Origin: Patescibacteria group bacterium
GTDB lineage: Bacteria; Patescibacteriota; Minisyncoccia; Minisyncoccales; JASEJS01
NCBI GenBank assembly: GCA_030016765.1
Contig: JASEJS010000001.1
Coordinates: 1 to 31,721 of the forward strand
Length of the DNA stretch: 31,721 nt
Reading direction: 5' to 3'
Below, in pieces: positions 9,367 to 16,513 of the stretch; position 1 is the first letter of the stretch, and each line of letters starts with the position of its first letter. The notes beneath the pieces were generated by a model that worked only from the letters and a program-made list of their open reading frames with translations, did no database searches and was not told where the DNA came from. A program made the position numbers and the translations under genes.

Positions 9367-10327
9367 GGAAATAATCAATAATTTTTTTGAGACTTTCCTC
9401 CAAAGTCACTTTTGGCTGATAATTTATTAGTTTTTTAATTTTTGTTAAATCTGGCTTTCGATGTTCCATGTCTTCAAATCCTGAACCATAAACTTTGGTA
9501 TAGGGAATAAAAATAATTTTCGATTTACTTCCAGTTAACTTTTTAATTTTTTGAGCCAATTCTCTAATAGTAATTTCTTCTTCTGACCCCAGATTAAAGA
9601 TTTGGCCTGGAGCTTTGGGATGATTCATTAATTTAACCAGCGCCTCAACAACATCTTCAATATCAGTAAAACATCTAGTTTGAAAACCAGTTCCATAAAC
9701 TGTAATTGGTTGCCCAGATAGAGCTTGTTTGATGAATCTTGGCACTACCATTCCGTAGGCCTCGGTTTGTCTTGGCCCAATGACATTAAAAAGTCGAACC
9801 ACAACTACAGGTAATTTTTTCTCTCGAAAATAAGCTAAGGCTAAGAACTCATCTGCTCCTTTTGAGAGGGCATAACCCCAACGGTCATTATAAGCTGAGC
9901 CATAAACCCGATCATCTTCTTCTTTAAAGGGGAGAGAATCATTTTTCCCATAAACTTCAGAGGAGGAAGTGAAAAGTATTGGCTTTTTATATTTAGAAGC
10001 TAACTCAAGAACAATTTCTATCCCTTTAATATTATTCAAAAAAGATTCAAGAGGCTTTTCCATTATTGTTTTCACTCCTACTGCTGCTGCCAAATGATAA
10101 ATCTGATCAGATTTTTTAATTAAATTTTCTAATTTCTTTCGGTTTAAAATAGTATCTTTTGTAAAATGAAATTTTTTATTCTTTTTCAAATGAGCAATAT
10201 TTTTTAGGCTTCCAGTTGAAAGATTATCAATAACAAAAACTTCCTCTCCACTTTTTAAAAGTTTCTCAGCTAAATGAGTACCAATAAAACCAGCTCCACC
10301 AGTAATTAAGATGGTTTTTTTAGGCAT
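9356..10327 (-). CDS. NAD-dependent epimerase/dehydratase (extended SDR)
   Basis: ITGGAGFIG, HLAAAVGV, TSSSEVYG, YALSK (YxxxK), RLFNVIGPRQ. Confidence 0.92.
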   Translation of the reverse strand: MPKKTILITGGAGFIGTHLAEKLLKSGEEVFVIDNLSTGSLKNIAHLKKNKKFHFTKDTILNRKKLENLIKKSDQIYHLAAAVGVKTIMEKPLESFLNNIKGIEIVLELASKYKKPILFTSSSEVYGKNDSLPFKEEDDRVYGSAYNDRWGYALSKGADEFLALAYFREKKLPVVVVRLFNVIGPRQTEAYGMVVPRFIKQALSGQPITVYGTGFQTRCFTDIEDVVEALVKLMNHPKAPGQIFNLGSEEEITIRELAQKIKKLTGSKSKIIFIPYTKVYGSGFEDMEHRKPDLTKIKKLINYQPKVTLEESLKKIIDYFHEN

Positions 10328-11219
10328 CTTCCAAAAGGTTTTTAATGCCCTCTTTTAACTTTATTTTTGGCTGCCAGCCAAGCAATTTTTTAGCTTTAGA
10401 AATGTCAGCTAAGGTATGGCGCATTTCTCCTGGCCGGGGAGGAATATAAATGGCTTTACCTCCGATCATCTTTGCAATTTGATTAATGCTATAATTTCTG
10501 CCTGCTCCAATATTGATAACTTCTCCCTTGCCCACCTTGTCTGATTCCATGGCTAAAATATTAGCTCTGACCACATCAAAAACATGGGTGAAGTCCCGAG
10601 TTTGTTCTCCATCTCCGGTGATAGTCAAAGGTTGACCTTGAGTTTTTTGGGTTAAAAAAACTCCGATGACTGGTACATAGCAGCCTTCCCTCGGTTGGCG
10701 AGGTCCATAGACATTAAAGTACCTTAAACAAATAGTGGGAAGACCATAAATTTCAGAAAAAACTTTGCAATAAAGTTCACCAACATATTTTTGCAAAGCA
10801 TAGGGATTTAATGGTTGACAAGGAGCATCCTCTCTCATTGGAAGTGTGACATTGCCACCCAGAACTGAAGATGAAGAAGCATAGATAAATTTTTTAACCT
10901 TAGCTTCTTTTGAAGCTATTAAAGCATTTAAAGTTCCTTTAATATTGACTTCATTGGTTTCTGCTGGTTTTTCAATTGATAGAGGAATCCGAGGCAGGGC
11001 AGCCTGATGAAAAACAAAATCAACTCCTTCAAATAAAGGGCGAATTTTTTCAAAATCACGAAGATCAACCTCAAAAAATTTGGCTTTAGGATTTAGGTAC
11101 TCTCTTTTGCCGGTGCTTAAATTATCGATAATTAAAACCTCATCTCCTCTTTCAATCAAAGCATCGACAAGATGAGAACCAATAAATCCGGCTCCGCCGG
11201 TAACTAGACATTTTGCCAT
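10320..11219 (-). CDS. NAD-dependent epimerase/dehydratase (extended SDR)
   Basis: VTGGAGFIG, ASSSSV, YALQK (YxxxK), RYFNVYGPRQ, RDFTHV. Confidence 0.92.
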   Translation of the reverse strand: MAKCLVTGGAGFIGSHLVDALIERGDEVLIIDNLSTGKREYLNPKAKFFEVDLRDFEKIRPLFEGVDFVFHQAALPRIPLSIEKPAETNEVNIKGTLNALIASKEAKVKKFIYASSSSVLGGNVTLPMREDAPCQPLNPYALQKYVGELYCKVFSEIYGLPTICLRYFNVYGPRQPREGCYVPVIGVFLTQKTQGQPLTITGDGEQTRDFTHVFDVVRANILAMESDKVGKGEVINIGAGRNYSINQIAKMIGGKAIYIPPRPGEMRHTLADISKAKKLLGWQPKIKLKEGIKNLLEDA

Positions 11220-11225
11220 ATATTA

Positions 11226-12062
11226 TTAAAACTCTTTTCTCAAACCTGCTTTCTCAGGATCATCAATGCCTTGATTTCGCAATAGCTCTTCATTAATGGC
11301 GTCAACAATTTTGTGAAGTTTAAGATCTATTCCTTGCTTATCAGCAAATTGGATAAATGCTTTCATGTCTTTGAAAAGACATTTTCCACCATAACCCCTA
11401 TAACCTTTATGCCAAACATTGAGATGAGTCCTACCAATTCTTTTGTCAGCAGCAGCTGCTTCAACCACTCGGTCATAATCAATTCCTAACTTTTGGCAAA
11501 GGTCGTAAATCTGATTAGCAAAGATAACTTTGACTGAAAACCAAGTATTGCCAAAATACTTGACCATTTCAGCTTCGGTAGCAGGTAAAATTCTTTCAAA
11601 GGGAGCCAAAGGCAAAAGCTGTAATACATCCCGAGCAACATTGTAGCTTTTTTTTGTATAACCAATAATTTGTCTATCCGGATAGCACATATCCTGATCA
11701 GCAGTCTCTTCAGTTAAAAATTCAGGATTCATTAAAAGTTTATGTTGAGGATACTTTTTTTGAAGCATTTCAGTGGTTCCTGGTAAAACAGTTGACTTCA
11801 TTACCACTATTTTTTCTCCTCGAAGAATGCTCATTGCCTCTTCAACAGAAGATAAATCAAAACCTTTGCCATTTTTTAGATAAGGAGTAGGAACACAGAT
11901 AAAAACTATTTCTGCCTGATTGACTTCTTCTGGAGATCCCAAATTTTTCCCTTTGTCATACAAAAAAAGTTCTAGTCCTTCTTTTTTTTCAAAATAGCGC
12001 CGGAGAGCTCCTCCAACCATGCCTACACCAACAATTCCAACTTTTTTAAATCTTTTGAACAT
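11226..12062 (-). CDS. UDP-glucose/GDP-mannose dehydrogenase family protein, lacking the C-terminal domain
   Basis: GIVGVGMVG, FICVPTP, KSTVLPG, NPEFL, EMVKY, GYGGKCLFKD (catalytic Cys); ATG at 12062 avoids overlap with upstream gene. Confidence 0.88.
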   Translation of the reverse strand: MFKRFKKVGIVGVGMVGGALRRYFEKKEGLELFLYDKGKNLGSPEEVNQAEIVFICVPTPYLKNGKGFDLSSVEEAMSILRGEKIVVMKSTVLPGTTEMLQKKYPQHKLLMNPEFLTEETADQDMCYPDRQIIGYTKKSYNVARDVLQLLPLAPFERILPATEAEMVKYFGNTWFSVKVIFANQIYDLCQKLGIDYDRVVEAAAADKRIGRTHLNVWHKGYRGYGGKCLFKDMKAFIQFADKQGIDLKLHKIVDAINEELLRNQGIDDPEKAGLRKEF

Positions 12063-12072
12063 AAACAAAAAA

Positions 12073-12306
12073 TTACCATCTTTCAATGGTGTTTTTAGTT
12101 TTTTCTTTAACTTTTTTATAAACCTGATAAACTTCTGGTGAGACTAATCTTAAAATTTCGCTTCCCCAAATCCGATATTGCCGGCCAATTTTGTAGGCTT
12201 TGATTATTTCCTTTTTCAAAAATCTCTTTAAAGTGCTTTCGCTTATTTTCAAGAAATCCCGGACTTCTTTTGGGGTGTAGACTTGATCTGGCTTTATTTC
12301 TGGCAT
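12073..12306 (-). CDS. Small excisionase/MerR-like helix-turn-helix DNA-binding protein
   Basis: YTPKEVRDFLKISESTLKRFLKKEIIKAYKIGRQYRI matches the HTH_17-like pattern. Confidence 0.85.
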   Translation of the reverse strand: MPEIKPDQVYTPKEVRDFLKISESTLKRFLKKEIIKAYKIGRQYRIWGSEILRLVSPEVYQVYKKVKEKTKNTIERW

Positions 12307-12312
12307 AGATTA

Positions 12313-12341
12313 ATATTAACATACCTATCAAAGGATATCAA
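12313..12341 (-). promoter_or_regulatory. Sigma70-type promoter of the HTH-led glycan operon
   Basis: TTGATA (12341-12336), 17 nt, TGt+TAATAT (12318-12313); 6 nt to ATG; TATCAA direct repeats 10 bp apart overlap the -35. Confidence 0.6.
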
Positions 12342-12365
12342 GAGGGTTCATATTGGTTTAAAAAA

Positions 12366-12721
12366 CTAAATTTTTTCAAAATCTTCTTTTAGGAATTTTT
12401 GATACCAATTTTGGTATTCTTTGGGAGTGGCTAAATAAATTTGAAAAGGAGAAAAAGGGTCAATGGCCCCTTTAATTTTAGTTCTGATTTCATCTCTTTT
12501 TGTTTGGTTTTCTGGCAAGTTTTCCGAAATGATTAAGACATCAATATCGCTTTGGGGACTAAACTTTCCTTTTACAATCGAGCCAAAAACTAAAACTTCT
12601 ACAGAACCCAAAATATCTTTGGCTTCTTTTTTAATTTTTTGGCAATAAAATTTATAATTCTCGAAATATCTCTTTTTTCTTCCCAGACCTCTTTTAAAAT
12701 TTGAGTAAAAGTTTTGGTCAT
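12366..12721 (-). pseudogene. Minimal nucleotidyltransferase (MNT antitoxin-like), -1 frameshift in T6 run 12673-12678
   Basis: VFGSIVKGKFSPQSDIDVLII (GS...DxD); ATG at 12721 (MTKTFTQILKEVWEEK) joins RYFENYKFY... if one A is added, giving 118 aa. Confidence 0.8.
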
Positions 12722-12889
12722 TTGAAGAATCTCTCTTTGGTAATTTCTTCAGTCAATTTCAAAAAATCTTTAAGAATTTTCAATCAATTGGCTAACACCA
12801 TTTTGGGTGAAAGTTTTTGGAAAATATCTGGAGGTAAAATAAGCATCTTCTAAATTATCAAAAAATAATTCTTTTTTTATAATTAGCTT
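12718..12889 (-). pseudogene. C-terminal remnant of a HEPN-domain protein
   Basis: Hand translation KLIIKKELFFDNLEDAYFTSRYFPKTFTQNGVSQLIE, then +1 shift at T4 12777-12780 to ILKDFLKLTEEITKERFFK*; stop overlaps MNT ATG (ATGA); no start codon. Confidence 0.7.
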
Positions 12890-12907
12890 TTAAAAAAGGG
12901 CTTTTAT

Positions 12908-12916
12908 TGATAAAAT
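12908..12916 (+). promoter_or_regulatory. Extended -10 promoter of the flippase
   Basis: TGa+TAAAAT, 7 nt before ATG 12924; no good -35. Confidence 0.5.
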
Positions 12917-12923
12917 AAAAAAC

Positions 12924-14162
12924 ATGAATTTTAAGCAGAGACTTTATCAATTTTTAAAATGGATGGAAAAATATATTGAAATTGACATGGTTTATGTAGC
13001 TAAAGGGGGATTTTGGTGGCTCCTTGGCAGGATTTGTATTTTTTTAATTACTTTAGGGACAATGGCAGCTTTTGCTAATTTAGTCTCAAAGGAAACTTAT
13101 GGAGCCTATAGATATATTCTTTCTGTTATGGGAATTTTAGCTATTTTTACCTTACCAGGAATGGATACAGCTTTAATTAGGGCAGTAGCTAAAGGATATG
13201 AGAAAATGATTTTTCCTTGTGCTAAAAGTAAATTTTTTTGGGCTTTAATTGGCAGTGGAATTTGCTTTATTATTTCTATTTGGTATTTTTTTTATCAAAA
13301 TTTTCCTTTGGGAATTTCTTTTTTAATTGCTGGTATTTTTCTTCCTTTCTATAATACTTTTAGCCTATTTTTATATTTTTGGCAAGGGAAAAAAAGATTT
13401 GATATCCAAAGCCAGTATTTAATTTTATATTATCTTCTAATAACTTTAGTTTTGATTCCAGTCATTTTTTTAACTGATAATTTGATTTTAATTGTCTTTG
13501 TTTATTTTTTAGCCCAAACTCTTTTTGGAGCAATTTTTTTTAAACTTACTTTGAGAAAAATATCTAATCAAAATGAGGAAAAAGAAACCGTTTCTTTTGG
13601 AAAACATTTAACTCTAATGGGGTCTGCTGTTTTGTTGGGAGAAGGAATTGATAAGATTATTATTTGGCATTTTTTAGGATCTGTTGCCGTAGCAATTTAT
13701 TCTTTTGCCCAAATTCCGATTTTAAGGATTAGAGAATTGATTCCCATTTTCCCTTTAGCCTTGCCTAAATTGAGTGAAAAAAATCTCAAAGAAATAAAAA
13801 AAGGAATTTTTGAAAAATTTCTAAAACTCTTTTTTTTCTCTATTCCTTTTGCTCTATTTTTTATTTTAATTTCTCCTTATCTTTATAAAATTTTATTTCC
13901 AGCTTATTCAGAATCTATCCCCTATTTTCAGGTCCTTTCTTTAATCTTAATTTTAGCTCCTTTCAGTCTTTTAGGAACTTCTTTAGTAGCTGAAATGAAA
14001 AAGAAGGAACTTTATATCATTCAATTTGCCACTCCTTTTTTACAGATAATTTTATTTTTAGTTTTAATTCCTTTTTATGGAATTTGGGGAGCAATTTTCG
14101 CTATTTTGATTTCCCAAATTTTCAACGGAGGATTAGTGCTTTATTTTTTCAAAAAGATTTAA
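12924..14162 (+). CDS. Oligosaccharide flippase (Wzx/MOP superfamily-like)
   Basis: 412 aa with many hydrophobic segments; SKETYGAYRYILS, IDKIIIWHFLGSVAVAIYS, YGIWGAIFA; glycan-locus context. Confidence 0.85.
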   Translation: MNFKQRLYQFLKWMEKYIEIDMVYVAKGGFWWLLGRICIFLITLGTMAAFANLVSKETYGAYRYILSVMGILAIFTLPGMDTALIRAVAKGYEKMIFPCAKSKFFWALIGSGICFIISIWYFFYQNFPLGISFLIAGIFLPFYNTFSLFLYFWQGKKRFDIQSQYLILYYLLITLVLIPVIFLTDNLILIVFVYFLAQTLFGAIFFKLTLRKISNQNEEKETVSFGKHLTLMGSAVLLGEGIDKIIIWHFLGSVAVAIYSFAQIPILRIRELIPIFPLALPKLSEKNLKEIKKGIFEKFLKLFFFSIPFALFFILISPYLYKILFPAYSESIPYFQVLSLILILAPFSLLGTSLVAEMKKKELYIIQFATPFLQIILFLVLIPFYGIWGAIFAILISQIFNGGLVLYFFKKI

Positions 14163-14167
14163 ACCAA

Positions 14168-15067
14168 TTATAGGAGTTTTTTAATTCCTTCTTCTAAGGA
14201 AATTTTAGCTGACCAACCAAGTACTTTTTTTACTTTAGTAGTATCTGCTAAAGTCTCTTTTACATAATTTTTAATTGGATTTTTTTGATAGACAGGCTTT
14301 ATATTTTTTCCTAAAATTTTATTCAAAATTTCAACTAATTCATTTAAGCTATAACATTTACCACTACCTAAATTAAAAATATCGCAGTCAATCTCTGAGT
14401 TCATGCCGGCAATAAAACCTCTGATGACATCATCAACATAAACAAAATCTCTGGTTTGGCTGCCATTGCCATAAATTAAAGGTCTTCTTCCTGCTTTTAT
14501 ATCCCATAAGAATTGACTACCAAGATTGGCGAAATTTTTCTTTGCTTTCTCTTTTGGCCCATAAACTGAAAATAATCTCAAGCCAATTGATTTAACTTGG
14601 TAGAAATCATAATAAAGTTTGGCCAATCTTTCCATAAGATAGCGAGCTTCGGTATAAAAATCAGTTACCTTAATTTCCATATCTTCAGAAAAGGGAAGGG
14701 GATTTCCATTATAAATAGAGGAAGAGGAAGCATAAATTAGCTTACAATTTTCTCTTTTAGCTAACTCTAAAACTTTTACAAATTCTTGAAGGGATATCCC
14801 AACTAATTCTCGATTATTTCGATACAAAGTAGTAGTTGAAGGTATTCCTAAATGAAAAATGCCATCTAAATTTTTTAATTCTTTCAATTCCAAAACTTTC
14901 ATTGCCGGAACTTCAATAAATTTTATCTTATTTTTGACATTAGAAAGATTATCTAAACTGCCAGTAGAAAGATTATCCACCACTATCACTTTGTGGCCTC
15001 TTTTAACTAAATCTTCTGCCAAGTTAGAGCCAATAAAACCTGCCCCACCAATGACTAAGTATTTCAT
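14168..15067 (-). CDS. NAD-dependent epimerase/dehydratase with YxxxR active-site variant
   Basis: VIGGAGFIG, ASSSSIY, RLFSVYGP, RDFVYV; catalytic motif reads YTEAR. Confidence 0.88.
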   Translation of the reverse strand: MKYLVIGGAGFIGSNLAEDLVKRGHKVIVVDNLSTGSLDNLSNVKNKIKFIEVPAMKVLELKELKNLDGIFHLGIPSTTTLYRNNRELVGISLQEFVKVLELAKRENCKLIYASSSSIYNGNPLPFSEDMEIKVTDFYTEARYLMERLAKLYYDFYQVKSIGLRLFSVYGPKEKAKKNFANLGSQFLWDIKAGRRPLIYGNGSQTRDFVYVDDVIRGFIAGMNSEIDCDIFNLGSGKCYSLNELVEILNKILGKNIKPVYQKNPIKNYVKETLADTTKVKKVLGWSAKISLEEGIKKLL

Positions 15068-15073
15068 ATTTCT

Positions 15074-15101
15074 ATGATAAGCAATCCCAAAAGGATGTCA
15101 A
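15074..15101 (-). promoter_or_regulatory. Sigma70-type promoter of the epimerase
   Basis: TTGACA (15101-15096), 16 nt, TATCAT (15079-15074); 6 nt to ATG. Confidence 0.65.
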
Positions 15102-15154
15102 AAAAGTTAATTTGATCCAGAAAGAGCACTAAAAAAAGAACGGACCAAATTCAC

Positions 15155-15184
15155 CAACTTAAGCAACGGCCGTTTATCGACTTG
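15155..15184. repeat. 30-bp palindromic element, copy 1
   Basis: CAACTT aagc AACGGCCGTT tatc GACTTG, 6 nt beyond the PaaX-like stop. Confidence 0.9.
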
Positions 15185-15190
15185 AAAGAT

Positions 15191-15950
15191 TTAAAGTTTT
15201 TTGTCTTTAAGGTATTTCTTTATGAGTTGATGAGCTTTTATTCCCTGCCAATTGTTTGGCAAAAGTTCTAAAGGTAATTGAGGATCTTTTCTTAAAATGT
15301 TGAAATATTTAAACAGAAGCCAAAATTTCTCCTCTTTCCCAGCTTCTTGCCATTGATCAATAAATTTAATATAAGATCGATTTATTTTCTCTAATTTCCA
15401 AATTCGATTGGCTAAAACTTTTGAGGTTTCCTTTCCCAATTTATCAGTCTGAGCCAAAATTACAAAATCTTGAAGCTGATAAAATTTAATAATCTCTTCC
15501 ACATTTCCTAAATAATTTACTGCCGAAATCCAGATGCTTTGTTGGAGCTGACCAAAACCCAATTTTTTTAAATTTTCTCTTAAGATATCTCTTTTTCTGC
15601 GCATTTTTTCTGGAATATCAAAAACAGCTAAATACCATTGACCATCCCAATGCTTTGGCGGAAAAAATTGAGGAATAAGACGAAAGATTCTTTCCTTTCC
15701 TTCTTTGGTTAAGGTAAAATCTTCTTTAATCCATCCTCGTTGTTTTCCTCGATAGATTGCGTCCCTTATTATTCTATCTTTATTAGTAAATACTAACTTA
15801 TCTAATTTAGCGAAGAGACCTCTCATTGAGTAATTTCCTGAAAGGCCAATTTCTCCCATCATTGCTAAAGTAAATAAGACCAGATCAATAGGGGGTAGCT
15901 AAAATTTCACAGCTAATTTTTAAAATTTTCTCTCTCAATTCTCTTTTCAT
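15191..15950 (-). pseudogene. PaaX-like transcriptional regulator (Cas2-like central fold), +1 frameshift in G5 run 15891-15895
   Basis: WDGQWYLAVFDIPE...LKKLGFGQLQQSIWIS and DPQLPLELLPNNWQG motifs; ATG 15950 (MKRELREKILKISCEILATP) joins the 15191..15862 frame if one base is removed, giving 252 aa; a 223-aa product from ATG 15862 remains possible. Confidence 0.78.
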
Positions 15951-15964
15951 ATCCCAAAATCTAT

Positions 15965-15994
15965 CAACTTAACAAACGGCCGTTTGCTAAGTTA
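15965..15994. repeat. 30-bp palindromic element, copy 2, over the PaaX-like promoter
   Basis: CAACTT aaca AACGGCCGTT tgct AAGTTA; adjacent to minus-strand TGa+TAGATT (15966-15958). Confidence 0.9.
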
Positions 15995-16016
15995 GTAAAT
16001 TATTATTTTAAGAATG

Positions 16017-16387
16017 TCATTTTTGTAAAAGTTGATTTAGTTTGGCTCGGGGTCATTGGACCCACAAAGCCAGTTCCCTTCTCCAGGCCCAAAGGAGCTA
16101 AAATTTCTGAAGCATATTTTTCCTGAAATCGAATAACGGCAGCTTTGGTTAAAGAAAGGAAATTTCCAGTAACCAGTCCTTCTGGATAAATCTCAGACTC
16201 CTGGGCTTTTAAAAATTTTTGGCAAGAAACTGATTTCTTTCAGCTAAAATAGTATTAATTTGAGCCTGAACTCTGGCGATTTCGGCTTTCAAATAAGTAG
16301 AATTGGTATAGCTTAAAATACCTTCACCAATTTAGAGAAGGAAATTAGTATGAGAACAATTTTTAAATTTTTTAAATTTTGATTCAA
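16017..16387 (-). pseudogene. Decayed secreted protein with peptidoglycan-binding-like domain, paralogous to the C-terminus of 18839..20563
   Basis: Hand translation [19 protein letters not shown] / [61 protein letters not shown] / [10 protein letters not shown]; two frameshifts and a 20-codon deletion; 5' boundary uncertain. Confidence 0.85.
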
Positions 16388-16440
16388 GTAATAATAGTCT
16401 AAATTAATAAAAATCTATCGCTAAATCCGACCTGTTAGAA

Positions 16441-16457
16441 ATATTTGCGTCAAATAT
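16441..16457. promoter_or_regulatory. 17-bp palindrome, possible operator
   Basis: ATATTTG-cgt-CAAATAT, perfect 7-bp arms in intergenic DNA. Confidence 0.35.
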
Positions 16458-16513
16458 AATCTACCCCAATTGCTAAAAAATAAAATGCGATCAGGCTTTT
16501 AAATTATCGTGCT

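Noticed and set aside
15191-15950. Cas2 / CRISPR locus
   Set aside because: The FDIPE...LGF..LQxS motif is the Cas2-like central part of PaaX-type proteins and a PaaX C-terminal motif follows; no cas1, other cas genes or repeat-spacer array is present
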